From a virus (Duplodnaviria > Heunggongvirae > Uroviricota > Caudoviricetes), in IMG/VR virus record IMGVR_UViG_2711768014_000006: a stretch of 44,064 bases of DNA, one strand, 5' to 3'. The notes under the pieces are model-generated. The model was not told the origin of the DNA. It did no database searches and was given only the letters and a program-made list of their open reading frames with translations. A program made the translations under genes and the position numbers. This document shows, piece by piece, positions 28,479 through 38,425 of the stretch; positions within the stretch are counted from its first letter, which is position 1; every line of letters starts with the position of its first letter.

Positions 28479-29586
28479 ACTGTATATCGGTGGCAGTATT
28501 TTTTCCGGCTGGCTGACGGTCAGCGTCCGTCGCTCGCTGGAGCATCTGGCCGGGTCGTTTGAACTGGGGCTGATGCTGCCCGGTGAGCGCATCCCCTCAG
28601 CCCTGCGAACCGGTCAGTCCCTGACGCTCAGAATTAACGGGCAGACGGTCATCAGTGGCTGGCTGGATCAGGTCAGTCAGCGGATCAGTGCAACCCGTCA
28701 TCAGATCAGCATCAGCGGTCGGGATAAAACCGGCGACCTGGTGGACTGTGCCGCCATCCATCCCGGCAGCCAGTGGCGCAACCGGACGCTGGCACAGATT
28801 GCCGCAGATTTATGTGCGCCCTTCGGGATAGCCGTGCGCTGGCAGGTTAACGACGACACGGCTGCACGCCCCTTCAGCTCTTTTACGCTGGAAAACTCAG
28901 AAACCGTGGCGGATGCGCTGACCCGTGCTGCCCGGCATCGCGGGGTGCTGGTGACCAGTAATGCTGACGGCGATCTGGTGTTCACCCAGGCAGGAAGCCA
29001 GCAGACGGACAGACTGGTGCTGGGAGATAACCTGCTTGATGCCGATTACAACACGGACTGGCGAGGACGATACAGCGAATACCGTGTCCGGGGACACGGG
29101 CGCGGTGGTGGCAAACGGGGAGACAGCGAATCCGCCGCCCGTCTGGCAGCACCTGTGGGCGTCATCAGTGATGAGCAGATCGGCCGCTACCGGTCGAAAA
29201 TCATCCTCGCCGATCAACAGACAGACACCACCGGTGCACGGCAGCGTGCCCTGCGTGAAATGCGCCGTGCGATTGCCCGTTCAGAACGGTTTTCTGCCAC
29301 CGTGCGTGGCTGGTTCCGGGATGATGGCCGGTTATGGGATGTCAATCTGCTGACCGGTGTTTCAGCCCTGCGTTTCGGTATAGAACAGACTGAACTGCTG
29401 GTCTGTCAGGTGGAGTTTTTACTTGATGAACATAACGGGGAAGTCACCCGGCTGGTACTGGCACCGCGTGACGGCTTTATCGTTCCGGCAGAGCCGGACA
29501 GTAAGGGCCGGGGTGGTTCCGGTGACGATGTTGATGCCTTTATTCGCCAGCAGATGAAAAAACAGGGGATCAGCTTTGATGAATGA
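28462..29586 (+). CDS. Tail/baseplate hub protein (Mu P-like)
   Basis: 374-aa ORF in conserved position. Confidence 0.75.
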   Translation: MSSRIELYIGGSIFSGWLTVSVRRSLEHLAGSFELGLMLPGERIPSALRTGQSLTLRINGQTVISGWLDQVSQRISATRHQISISGRDKTGDLVDCAAIHPGSQWRNRTLAQIAADLCAPFGIAVRWQVNDDTAARPFSSFTLENSETVADALTRAARHRGVLVTSNADGDLVFTQAGSQQTDRLVLGDNLLDADYNTDWRGRYSEYRVRGHGRGGGKRGDSESAARLAAPVGVISDEQIGRYRSKIILADQQTDTTGARQRALREMRRAIARSERFSATVRGWFRDDGRLWDVNLLTGVSALRFGIEQTELLVCQVEFLLDEHNGEVTRLVLAPRDGFIVPAEPDSKGRGGSGDDVDAFIRQQMKKQGISFDE

Positions 29587-30190
29587 TGAAGTGTTCAGCC
29601 GCCTGATTGCCCCGGTAACGCGCGGTATTCGCCTGTTGTTTGGCCGGGGCGTTCTGACCGGCACACATGACGAACTGAAAATGCAGAATGTGCAGCTCAC
29701 CGGCATGGACGGCGAAACCTTTGATGATGTGGAGCGTCCCCAGCAGTACGGGCAGATCAGCGTTCCCCTGCCGGGTGCGGAAACCTTTTTTGCCTGTCTG
29801 GGCGGACAGCGGGATCAGACTGTGGTGCTTGTGGTGGAAGACCGGCGCAGCCGCCCGACCGGACTCACAGCCGGAGATACGGGGGTGTATCACCATGAGG
29901 GGCACCGGATACGGTTAACAAAGGATGGTCGCATTATTGTGACATGCAAAATGCTGGAGATTTACGCCGATGAGGGGATGCGGGTGGATACGCCGGAGGC
30001 CACCTTTACGGGCAATGTGACGGTGGATAAAAACCTGCATGTTAAGGGTAATTTCGTGCTTGATGGTACAGGTAAATCAGACGGGCTGTTCACGATGTCT
30101 GATGCCGTTATTGCCGGGATCACCTATTCCGGCCATGTGCATCAGGATAACGGCAAAGGCAGTAAGACAGGAGCGCCGGAGAATGGCTGA
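29576..30190 (+). CDS. Baseplate assembly/spike protein (Mu gp45-like)
   Basis: 204-aa ORF in conserved position. Confidence 0.7.
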   Translation: MMNDEVFSRLIAPVTRGIRLLFGRGVLTGTHDELKMQNVQLTGMDGETFDDVERPQQYGQISVPLPGAETFFACLGGQRDQTVVLVVEDRRSRPTGLTAGDTGVYHHEGHRIRLTKDGRIIVTCKMLEIYADEGMRVDTPEATFTGNVTVDKNLHVKGNFVLDGTGKSDGLFTMSDAVIAGITYSGHVHQDNGKGSKTGAPENG

Positions 30191-30620
30191 TATTGCAATT
30201 GTATGGGATCAGGGGTGCGGTTCGCTGCAACTGAACGGTGCCGACTTGCTGACGGATGACAGTCTGCTGACGGCCGTTCTGATTTCGCTGTTTACTGACC
30301 GCCGGGCGCTGGCATCGGATGAAATCCCTGACGGTACGCGCGACCGCCGGGGATGGTGGGGAGACAGTTTTCGCCCGCGCCCCATTGGCTCCCGTCTGTG
30401 GCTTCTCAGCCGGGAAAAAACGCTGGCCTCGGTGATAAGCCGTGCCCGTGCTTACGCGGATGAGGCGCTGGGCTGGCTCAGTCAGGATGGCGTGGCGTCA
30501 TCCGTGGTCTGTCATGCAGAACGTGTGGGACACGCGCGGCTGGCGCTTTCGGTGCGCATAACCCTGCCTGATGGTTCAGTGAGGCCCATGATTTTTTATG
30601 CTGATCTTAAGGGGGAGTAA
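30183..30620 (+). CDS. Baseplate protein (Mu gp46 / GPW-like)
   Basis: ATG at 30183 overlapping the previous stop; MADIAIVWDQ... Confidence 0.7.
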   Translation: MADIAIVWDQGCGSLQLNGADLLTDDSLLTAVLISLFTDRRALASDEIPDGTRDRRGWWGDSFRPRPIGSRLWLLSREKTLASVISRARAYADEALGWLSQDGVASSVVCHAERVGHARLALSVRITLPDGSVRPMIFYADLKGE

Positions 30621-31702
30621 TGCCTTATCAGCCTTTACCGCTGGCACAGTTAATCACGCAGACACAGCAGGATATCAGCCAGCGCCTGCCCGGCTCGCAG
30701 CCGGGTGTGAATGAAACCACCCTGAATGCCATTGCTTACGCTCAGGCAGGGTTATCTGCTCAGGAGCATGAGCATCTGGCCTGGATTGCGCGTCAGATCA
30801 TCCCGACCGAAGCCGATGAAGCCGAACTGCTGAAACACTGTGCATTCTGGGGCGTCATGCGTAAGCCTGCCTCTCGGGGGGACGGGCCGGTTCAGCTGAT
30901 GCTGACCACGGATGCGGGGATCAAGGAAGGTGTGCTTCTCCAGCGAAGTGATGGCGTGGTTTACCGTATCACCACCTCCCTGACCGGTAAGGCCGGTACG
31001 CTGAATGTCAGTGTGGAAGCCGAAAGTGCCGGTCGTGCGGGGAATGCCCCGGCAGGGACAAAACTGACATTTATCACACCGCAGGCGGGGATCAACCAGA
31101 CGGCCACGGTGACCGGAACGGGGATCACCGGTGGTGCGGATGTGGAAACCGTGCCGGAGCTGCTTTCCCGTCTGGTTTTCCGGGTGCAGAATCCACCGTC
31201 CGGCGGCACGCAGTATGATTTTGAACGCTGGGCGCGTGAAGTGCCGGGCGTGACGCGGGCATGGTGCCGCCCGGAATGGCCGCAGGCGGGCAGCGTGGGG
31301 GTAACGTTTGTTCAGGATAATAACCCGGATATTTTCCCCGGTGACGGTGATGTTCAGCGGGTGGCGGATTATATCCGCAGTCATGATGATCCGGCGACCG
31401 GCCAGCCTGTCGGACAGCCTCTGGGGCCGACGGTGACCGTGTTTAAACTGACCAATAAGCCGGTGCCCTTCAGCATCAGGATCATCCCGAAAACACCGGA
31501 GAATCAGGCGGCCGTAAAACAGGCGCTGACCGACCTGTTGTATAACGAATCCCGGCCCGGCGGTCTGGTTCTGCCGTCGTCTTTCTGGCGGGCGGTGGCA
31601 GGGGTGAAAAATCTGGAGGATTTTGAAGTGCGCAGTCCGCTGACGTCAGTTCAGGCGGGAGACAGTGAGCTGCTGACGGTAGGAGAAATCACATGGCTGT
31701 AA
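30620..31702 (+). CDS. Baseplate J-like protein (Mu gp47-like)
   Basis: 360-aa ORF. Confidence 0.8.
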   Translation: MPYQPLPLAQLITQTQQDISQRLPGSQPGVNETTLNAIAYAQAGLSAQEHEHLAWIARQIIPTEADEAELLKHCAFWGVMRKPASRGDGPVQLMLTTDAGIKEGVLLQRSDGVVYRITTSLTGKAGTLNVSVEAESAGRAGNAPAGTKLTFITPQAGINQTATVTGTGITGGADVETVPELLSRLVFRVQNPPSGGTQYDFERWAREVPGVTRAWCRPEWPQAGSVGVTFVQDNNPDIFPGDGDVQRVADYIRSHDDPATGQPVGQPLGPTVTVFKLTNKPVPFSIRIIPKTPENQAAVKQALTDLLYNESRPGGLVLPSSFWRAVAGVKNLEDFEVRSPLTSVQAGDSELLTVGEITWL

Positions 31703-32253
31703 CCCTGACCCCGCATCAGCGCGCCCTGTTGCAGTTACTGCCTGACGGGCTGGCATGGGACAAGCGTCCGTCATCCGTACTGGCATCATTATGTCTGGGC
31801 CTCAGTCATTCGACAGCGCGTGTATCCTGGACGGGTAAACAGCTGCTTGCCGAGCGTTTCCCTGACACGTCGCGCCTGCTGCTGGAAGACTGGGAGCGTT
31901 ATCTCGGGCTTCCCGAGTGTGATATGGCCGGAGCCACCCTCACGGAGCGACAGCGTTATGCCGGAAATAAATACCGGATGAAGCCCTCGCTGAACCGTGA
32001 ATTTTATATCCGGTTTGCGGCGGAGTTTGGTTATCAGATTGACATTCAGCCCTCACCGGATTCGCAGTGGGTCAGTATTGTCACGATTAACAGTGAAACC
32101 GGCTACCGGAATATGAATGTGCTGGATGATATTCTCACGCCGCTGCGTATTTATGAAGGCGGTGCGCTGGAATGTATTCTGAACCGTTATAAGCCTGCAT
32201 GGCAGACGTTTATTTACGTTTATGCAAACAGCCATGAAGAGGAGACTATTTAA
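31693..32253 (+). CDS. Tail protein (Mu gp48-like)
   Basis: 186-aa ORF before the tail-fibre gene. Confidence 0.7.
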   Translation: MAVTLTPHQRALLQLLPDGLAWDKRPSSVLASLCLGLSHSTARVSWTGKQLLAERFPDTSRLLLEDWERYLGLPECDMAGATLTERQRYAGNKYRMKPSLNREFYIRFAAEFGYQIDIQPSPDSQWVSIVTINSETGYRNMNVLDDILTPLRIYEGGALECILNRYKPAWQTFIYVYANSHEEETI

Positions 32254-33134
32254 TGTTTCATGTTGATAATAATTCCGGCGTGGCGAATATGCCTGCGCTG
32301 GCACCGGCGCAGAGTAATACCACCACCTGGTTTACCGAAGGTGACGGACAAAAAGGTATCAGCTGGATTGGTCAGGACTGGCTGAATATTCTCCAGGCCG
32401 AACTGCTGAATATTCTGGCTGAAGCCAGTATTCAGCCGGATAAGGCGCAGTTAAACCAGCTTACGCTGTCCATTAAAGCCATTATCGCTGCGAATGCCTT
32501 TTCCCGGAAAAATAACCTGAAAGAAATTGCTGATGCCGGTGCGGAGGCCCAGCGTCTGGCCCGTGGTTATCTTGGTCTGGGGACGCTTGCCACAAAAAAC
32601 AGTCTTGGTCCCGCTGACGTTAATGCCCTGGCGAAGGATCAGAATCTCGCCGACCTGGAGAATAAGGGAACCGCCCGTAATAATCTGGATGTTTACAGCA
32701 AAAGCGAAGGTGATAACCGTTACCTGCGCAGGGAGCAGAACGGCGCAGACATTCCGGATAAAGGGGCTTTTATCGATAACGTCGGTTTACGGGAAACGGT
32801 AAACAGGGCGGCGAATGCCCTGCCATCGGACGGCACCGCCGTTGCCGCGAACAGGCTGGCAAATGCCCACACAATTAATGGTGTTCCCTTTGACGGGACG
32901 CAGGATATCACTATCTCATCAGGAACAGTAACCGCCATAAGACTGGGGTCGGTGACCGCACATATGCCCGGAACATGGGAAAGCTGGGATCTGAATCTGG
33001 GGGGCGGCAATGTTCTTACCGGAATTAAAGTACAGGATGTCGGTAAGAATACGGCAGATAACGTCGGCGGCGTGTATTACCGGCCGTTGCAGTATCTGTT
33101 AAATGGAGCATGGGTGACGGCTGCAAGTATATAA
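32253..33134 (+). CDS. Tail fibre protein S (constant part plus the currently expressed variable part)
   Basis: 293-aa ORF; its 3' portion from about 32783 lies inside the invertible segment. Confidence 0.75.
   Translation: MFHVDNNSGVANMPALAPAQSNTTTWFTEGDGQKGISWIGQDWLNILQAELLNILAEASIQPDKAQLNQLTLSIKAIIAANAFSRKNNLKEIADAGAEAQRLARGYLGLGTLATKNSLGPADVNALAKDQNLADLENKGTARNNLDVYSKSEGDNRYLRREQNGADIPDKGAFIDNVGLRETVNRAANALPSDGTAVAANRLANAHTINGVPFDGTQDITISSGTVTAIRLGSVTAHMPGTWESWDLNLGGGNVLTGIKVQDVGKNTADNVGGVYYRPLQYLLNGAWVTAASI
32783..32851 (+). repeat. Left inverted repeat of the invertible tail-fibre segment (contains the recombination site)
   Basis: 69 bp, identical except one mismatch to the reverse complement of 34031..34099. 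Confidence 0.65.
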
Positions 33135-33143
33135 TGATATTCA

Positions 33144-33167
33144 GAAGGCCTTCCGGCCTTCTTTATT
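33144..33167. terminator. Bidirectional terminator hairpin between convergent S and tail-fibre-assembly genes
   Basis: GAAGGCC-TTCC-GGCCTTC followed by TTTATT. Confidence 0.5.
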
Positions 33168-33687
33168 ACTGTGGCTGCTCAGGCCATTTAATGGCGTTAA
33201 ATTCAGCTTCTGTTTTAATGGCGGGTAGTTCCATTTTCTTCACCTGACTGATGTATGCCATCCATTGGGTAAGTGCTGCTCTGTCTTCATCGCTGATGGT
33301 GCCCAGTTGTAGCTCCGTTCTCCAGTCATTAATTTTTTCATATGCCTGATTAAGATATGACTGGCGCATTGCTTCCAGTTTTCTTGCGTAGTTAACCGGA
33401 ATACGGGAGATTATGCCATTATCAAACTTCCAGTTTCCTGAAATATCCGTGCCTTCAGGGAGTTCATCGACCTCAACCACAGAAAACCCCGCAGGATACA
33501 GCGCCGAGGCGTCCTGTGATATTGAGCAGATAACGCCGCTGTCAGGTGTTATGCAAAGTTTATATTTTTTGGTGAATAATGGCAGGGATTCGTAGAAATC
33601 CTTACCATCTTCACTCTGGAAATACTGAACATTATTACCATATGGCATATTTTCAGGATAATAACGGGTTATATTTTTTAGTTCCAT
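33166..33687 (-). CDS. Tail fibre assembly protein (U'-like) inside the invertible segment
   Basis: 173-aa minus-strand ORF with AGGAGG RBS. Confidence 0.75.
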   Translation of the reverse strand: MELKNITRYYPENMPYGNNVQYFQSEDGKDFYESLPLFTKKYKLCITPDSGVICSISQDASALYPAGFSVVEVDELPEGTDISGNWKFDNGIISRIPVNYARKLEAMRQSYLNQAYEKINDWRTELQLGTISDEDRAALTQWMAYISQVKKMELPAIKTEAEFNAIKWPEQPQ

Positions 33688-33740
33688 AAAATCCTCCTGG
33701 AAATAAATCTGTTTTAAAATATATTATTTACTGACTATTT

Positions 33741-34099
33741 ATAACTGAGATACCGTAATCCATGTACCTCCGACTAATTTTTGCAGGGGTCTGAATGCTA
33801 TAAAATCGTTTGAAGCATCAACTTTACTGTCAATCTGCAGGCCTGCCATAACATTACCGTACGCAGAGTAATATGCCCCACCGTACATTACCTGCCTGTT
33901 CTCTGCTCCCAGCCTGATATCCTGGATATATCGGGAATCCGCATCCTGCTGTGTTATACCAGAAGTGATGTTTATGTCCTGCGTCCCGTCAAAGGGAACC
34001 CCATTAATATTTCTTGGGGTGGCGAGTCTATTCGCGGCAACGGCGGTGCCGTCCGATGGCAGAGCATTCGCCGCCCTGTTTACCGTTTCCCGTAAACCG
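33741..34099 (-). CDS. Alternative tail-fibre variable segment (S'v), no start codon of its own
   Basis: Minus-strand reading frame continuous with the S frame through the inverted repeat, ending ...GTWITVSQL at a TAA (plus 33741-33743); would be fused to the S constant part after inversion. Confidence 0.4.
34031..34099 (-). repeat. Right inverted repeat of the invertible tail-fibre segment
   Basis: Reverse complement matches 32783..32851. Confidence 0.65.
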
Positions 34100-34177
34100 A
34101 GGTTTTCAGGAAAGCCAGGATTAACTCTGTTTTATTCCTCATGCGACAATTCCGGCTTTTTATAATAAGGAAATCGT

Positions 34178-34750
34178 ATGCTGATTGGGTATATCAGGGT
34201 GTCAACAAATGACCAGAATACGGCGCTACAAAGAAATGCGCTGGAATGTGCAGGATGTGAGCTGTTTTTCGAAGACAGAATAAGCGGTAAGACAAGGGAG
34301 CGTCCCGGACTTAAACGCGCATTAAAGCGACTCCGGCCAGGGGATACCCTGCTGGTCTGGAAACTGGATCGCCTTGGACGCAGTATGCAGCACCTTGTCC
34401 TTTTAACAGAAGAACTCCGGCAACGCGGCGTTAACTTCCGCAGCATTACGGACAATATTGATACATCCACTCCCATGGGACGTTTCTTTTTCCATATAAT
34501 GGGCGCGCTGGCGGAAATGGAGCGGGAACTCATTATTGAACGTACACGCGCGGGTCTTGCTGCTGCCCGTGCTCAGGGGCGTCATGGCGGCAGACCTCAG
34601 AAACTGACAGAGAAAGAGCGGGAGCAAATCGCCCGTTTGCTGGCTAATGGCGAGTCCCGTAAACAAATCGCACTGATATTTGATATTGGCCTTTCCACCC
34701 TTTATCGTTATTTTCCTGCCTCACCAGCTCCGTCACCAAAAGTACCGTGA
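34178..34750 (+). CDS. gin: Serine DNA invertase (Gin/Hin/Pin family)
   Basis: MLIGYIRVSTNDQNTALQ... with catalytic Ser and C-terminal HTH; sits just outside the right inverted repeat. Confidence 0.9.
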   Translation: MLIGYIRVSTNDQNTALQRNALECAGCELFFEDRISGKTRERPGLKRALKRLRPGDTLLVWKLDRLGRSMQHLVLLTEELRQRGVNFRSITDNIDTSTPMGRFFFHIMGALAEMERELIIERTRAGLAAARAQGRHGGRPQKLTEKEREQIARLLANGESRKQIALIFDIGLSTLYRYFPASPAPSPKVP

Positions 34751-34835
34751 CGCTTTTTTGAATTTCCGCAAAACACATATTTTTCAGCGGTCGCTATTCT
34801 GACTCTGTTTAATTCAGAAACAGGCAGAAAAGACG

Positions 34836-36890
34836 ATGTCAGACTCCAAGTGGAAAATGCTCTCCGCCATGCCCGGAGAGTTTTCAGTCAAGGTTGCCGG
34901 TGGCACGGTGGCATTTATTGAAAGCCCTTTCCGCCCTTCGGGTAATAAAGGGGGGATCACCTTCGCAGACTGCGTGATCCGCTTCAGCACGAAAGAGCCA
35001 TTATGGGTAATGCCGGTATCCGGTAATCCCAGTGCAGAAATCACCAGTTCAGGCGTGACTGGCATCATTCCAATCACATCTGACGTGGCCGGAACGCTCA
35101 CGCCCTCCGACTGGAATGCACCGGATAACGCCGGGCCTTCCGGTAGCACGAATGGCAGCAGTTCAGAGCCGGAATATTACTTTGTTGTCATTCTCGCGGG
35201 TCAGTCAAATGGCATGGCCTACGGCGAGGGGCTGCCGTTACCGGATTCGTTTGACCGCCCGGACCCACGCATTAAGCAACTGGCACGCCGCAGTACGGTA
35301 ACGCCCAACGGTACGTCGTGTACATACAACGACATCATTCCGGCAGACCACTGCCTGCATGATGTTCAGGATATGAGCGGGATAAACCACCCGAAAGCTG
35401 ATCTGGCAAAAGGCCAGTACGGGACTGTCGGTCAGGGGTTGCATATTGCCAAAAAACTGCTTCCCTATATCCCACAGAATGCCGGGATACTTCTGGTGCC
35501 CTGTTGTCGTGGCGGGTCAGCATTCACCACTGGAGCCGACGGCTCATTCAGTGAGGCCAGCGGTGCTTCCGCTGATTCTTCACGCTGGGGGGCCGGTAAA
35601 CCTCTGTATCAGGACCTGGTAAGCCGCACCAAAGTCGCGCTGGCGAAAAACCCGAAAAACAAACTTCTGGCTGTGGTCTGGATGCAGGGAGAGGCAGACC
35701 TTGCCTCAGGAAGCCAGCAGCATAATAGTTTATTCACGGCCATGGTTCAGCAGTTCAGAACTGACCTGGCTCCGCTTGCTGCGCAGTGCGTGAGTGGAAA
35801 TGCCACCACGGTGCCGTGGATTTGCGGTGATACCACGTATTACTGGAAAAACGCTGGCACCGATAAATATGAGGCAGTATACGGTGGCTACAAAGGCAAG
35901 GAAGCACAGAAAATTTTCTTTGTACCGTTCCTGACGGATGAGAATGGACAGAGCACGCCAACGAATGCTCCGGCGGAAGACCCGGATATTGTGGCTGTCG
36001 GGTATTACGGTGCAGCATCCCGAACCCAGGGCAGTTTTGTTTCGACACAGCGTGACAGCCATTTCAGCTCATGGGCACGCAGGGGCGTCATTTCAGACCG
36101 TCTGGCCTCAGCTATTATGCTCCATGCAGGGCGCACGGCTGAACTGATGCGTGGGCAGACCGTGACACCACCGGATGAGAAGCCGTCACCTGATACACCA
36201 TCAAAACCGTCCACGCCACCCGCAGACACCACGACGATGAGTACGCTATTTGCTTACCGGGCATCTGAGTCTGAAGGACGGTTGACACCACAGGGTTGGG
36301 CTGCCGGAGGTGGCAAGGCTCAAATCGTGGATGATGCCGGAGCCAGCGGGGGTAAGGCAATGAAACTGACCAAGGAAACAGGAAGAGCCCCCTGGTACCT
36401 TGAGCATGATGCTGGTAATGGTGCGGACCTGCTGGGTAAAGGTGGTCTTGTCAGTTGTCGTTTTAAACTCGATGGCGCGCTTACGGCTAATCAGTACGCA
36501 CTGGCGCTGTACTGGCCGGTTTCTGCCCTGCCGCAAGGGGTTACTCTGGAAGGAAATGCCGGTCATAACCTGCTGGCATCGTTCTACGTACAGAGCGATG
36601 CCACAGACCTTAACGTGATGTATCACAAAGGAAACACGGCGCAGAACACGAAGCTGGGGTCATTCGGCGCATTTAATAACGAATGGCATACGCTGGGCTT
36701 CCGTTTTGCCGGTAACAACAGTATTGAGGTGACGCCGGTCATTGATGGTAAGGACGGGACACCATTCATGCTGTCGCAGTCTCCGGTCGGCACGTTTACG
36801 GCAGACAAGTTGCGCGTGACCGATATCACTAAAAATGCGACTTACCCGGTACTGATTGACAGTATCGTGGTGGAAGTGAATAACGCGTAA
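34836..36890 (+). CDS. SGNH/sialate-O-acetylesterase-domain protein with N- and C-terminal extra domains (NanS-p-like prophage esterase candidate)
   Basis: Motif YFVVILAGQSNGMAYGEGLPLPD (GQSN esterase motif) about 130 aa in; Pro/Thr-rich linker then a C-terminal beta-rich domain; 684 aa. Confidence 0.6.
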   Translation: MSDSKWKMLSAMPGEFSVKVAGGTVAFIESPFRPSGNKGGITFADCVIRFSTKEPLWVMPVSGNPSAEITSSGVTGIIPITSDVAGTLTPSDWNAPDNAGPSGSTNGSSSEPEYYFVVILAGQSNGMAYGEGLPLPDSFDRPDPRIKQLARRSTVTPNGTSCTYNDIIPADHCLHDVQDMSGINHPKADLAKGQYGTVGQGLHIAKKLLPYIPQNAGILLVPCCRGGSAFTTGADGSFSEASGASADSSRWGAGKPLYQDLVSRTKVALAKNPKNKLLAVVWMQGEADLASGSQQHNSLFTAMVQQFRTDLAPLAAQCVSGNATTVPWICGDTTYYWKNAGTDKYEAVYGGYKGKEAQKIFFVPFLTDENGQSTPTNAPAEDPDIVAVGYYGAASRTQGSFVSTQRDSHFSSWARRGVISDRLASAIMLHAGRTAELMRGQTVTPPDEKPSPDTPSKPSTPPADTTTMSTLFAYRASESEGRLTPQGWAAGGGKAQIVDDAGASGGKAMKLTKETGRAPWYLEHDAGNGADLLGKGGLVSCRFKLDGALTANQYALALYWPVSALPQGVTLEGNAGHNLLASFYVQSDATDLNVMYHKGNTAQNTKLGSFGAFNNEWHTLGFRFAGNNSIEVTPVIDGKDGTPFMLSQSPVGTFTADKLRVTDITKNATYPVLIDSIVVEVNNA

Positions 36891-37034
36891 GCAGGATAAA
36901 AAAATGCCGCCGGTAAGGGAAAACAAGAAACCGGCGGCAAAAAGATCGTTATATCCAAAGCAAAAAATGCAGTGCACCTTTTTACCTAACAGATATTACC
37001 GGTGTCAACACCATGTCAATAATTGGGAGGGATA

Positions 37035-37217
37035 ATGACATTTTTACAGCTTATTTTATTGTATTTCTGCACGGCAGTATGTGCGTTATATCTGGTGAGT
37101 GGTGGTTATAAGGCCATCAGAAATTATGTTCGCCGCAAAATTGAGGACGCAGCAGCTGAAAAACTCAGTAAAACAGCGCAGGTAACTCCGCTCCCAAAAG
37201 ACCCGACCCAGCCCTGA
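37035..37217 (+). CDS. Small membrane protein
   Basis: ATG at 37035 after GGGAGGG; N-terminal hydrophobic helix FLQLILLYFCTAVCALYLV. Confidence 0.4.
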   Translation: MTFLQLILLYFCTAVCALYLVSGGYKAIRNYVRRKIEDAAAEKLSKTAQVTPLPKDPTQP

Positions 37218-37252
37218 TTGCAGGGCTTTATTCCCGCATAAGGAGGATATAC

Positions 37253-37507
37253 ATGCCAGAAATTAAAGGCACCGTCACTGAAGACCTGGTAAAACAGGCA
37301 CTGTATTCCGGTGAAGTAAATAAGTTGCTGAAAGCGCAGGTCCGCAAGGATTTTGAGGCACAAATCGACACTTACGTTGATGAAGTGCTGGCAAAACTTA
37401 TTGGGCCAGCAGTTGCGGCCAGTGATGCTGATAATGAGCCGAAAACCGACGCGCAGCCAGAGCAACCAGACCCGGCTCAGCCCGGAACTGACAGTACCAT
37501 GATGTAA
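37253..37507 (+). CDS. Small acidic hypothetical protein
   Basis: AAGGAGG RBS; 84 aa with Pro/Asp/Glu-rich tail. Confidence 0.45.
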   Translation: MPEIKGTVTEDLVKQALYSGEVNKLLKAQVRKDFEAQIDTYVDEVLAKLIGPAVAASDADNEPKTDAQPEQPDPAQPGTDSTMM

Positions 37508-37513
37508 CAATAC

Positions 37514-37539
37514 AAACCGGTGGTGTCCTCTGCCGGTTT
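37514..37539. terminator. Possible bidirectional terminator hairpin between convergent small genes
   Basis: AAACCGG-TGGTGTCCTCTG-CCGGTTT between the plus gene ending at 37507 and the minus gene ending at 37675. Confidence 0.35.
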
Positions 37540-37674
37540 GACACTAATGAAAACATCTTTGCCGCTATCCAGCCATATGTAATCGCTGGATAGTATTTCG
37601 TATTCAGAAATATAGCTGCTTATGGAGCAGTCAATCCTGCTTCCCCATCCGGGCAGGCAAATGAACCGGTATCA

Positions 37675-37968
37675 TTAGTCCGATTCACGCTTTTGTAGAA
37701 TCGTTCCCAGAATGCTATACAGCTCATTAGCCTGTTGCTCCATCATTGAGACGGAGGCTATACGGTGCAAAGTGATTTCAGGAGGTGGCACACCTCCATC
37801 TTCTTGCTGTGGAGGAAAAACATAAGATTTAATAAAAAAGTTGAAGCATATGAACTCTCCCGCACTCGAACTGTATTTGCAGGCATCTGAATAATCGGAA
37901 AAATAATCATTATAGATTTCCGCATTTTCAATCATTTTTCGATTTCTCGTCGTTACATGATTGTCCAT
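37675..37968 (-). CDS. Hypothetical protein (minus strand, AT-rich)
   Basis: 97-aa ORF with AAGAGG RBS, divergent from com-mom. Confidence 0.4.
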   Translation of the reverse strand: MDNHVTTRNRKMIENAEIYNDYFSDYSDACKYSSSAGEFICFNFFIKSYVFPPQQEDGGVPPPEITLHRIASVSMMEQQANELYSILGTILQKRESD

Positions 37969-38091
37969 AGCAGCCTCTTACGCTGGCAATTAACCAATTG
38001 ACTTCTATAAATTAGTTGATTTGTTTGCTTTGCGGTATTCAAATGTACAATCATTCAGCACTTATGCGTTACAGCACCGTTTAAAATTAGT

Positions 38092-38177
38092 GATCAAACT
38101 CATAAATTTTCGCTAATGACATTTCGTGTTATTTGTTGTATCAATTAAATAAATCAAATCGATCGTTTTTGTCGATC
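38092..38177 (+). promoter_or_regulatory. Three GATC sites upstream of com-mom (candidate Dam-methylation-sensitive control region)
   Basis: GATC at 38092, 38161 and 38174 in an AT-rich divergent intergenic region; parallels the Mu mom control region. Confidence 0.35.
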
Positions 38178-38224
38178 GATTGAGTGATAAAGATATCAAC
38201 AACAAAGCAGGAGGTTATGCGGCC

Positions 38225-38425
38225 ATGTATCGAAACATACGGTGCCGACATTGTAACAAGCTACTGGCACGAGCCAGCTTCAGTTATCTGGAAGTTAAAT
38301 GTCCGCGCTGTAAAACCCTCAATCAAATCACATCTCAGAGCGCCACAGAGCACCCCACATACACAAGGAAATCCTGTCGTGGGGAACAGAAAGCAAGTTA
38401 CATCCCGTATCATCAGCACGCCTGA
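38225..38425 (+). CDS. com: Com-like zinc-finger translational activator
   Basis: [35 protein letters not shown]... closely resembles Mu Com (IRCKNCNKLL...IRCPRCK); AGGAGG 10 nt upstream of the ATG. Confidence 0.7.
   Translation: MYRNIRCRHCNKLLARASFSYLEVKCPRCKTLNQITSQSATEHPTYTRKSCRGEQKASYIPYHQHA

Larger units (their letters stand above)
32783..34099. other. Gin-invertible tail-fibre segment (G-segment-like)
   Basis: Flanked by 69-bp inverted repeats, with the invertase gene immediately outside the right repeat. Confidence 0.65.

Noticed and set aside
36904-36940. Hairpin GCCGCCGGT...ACCGGCGGC after the esterase gene as an intrinsic terminator
   Set aside because: Followed by an A-tract rather than a T-tract on the plus strand; it may be a stability element or act on the other strand, so not called confidently
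38184-38378. Full 310-aa ORF 38184..39116 as one protein
   Set aside because: Its first ~65 codons overlap com in another frame; the likely Mom start is internal (about 38379), so the upstream part is probably not translated as part of Mom
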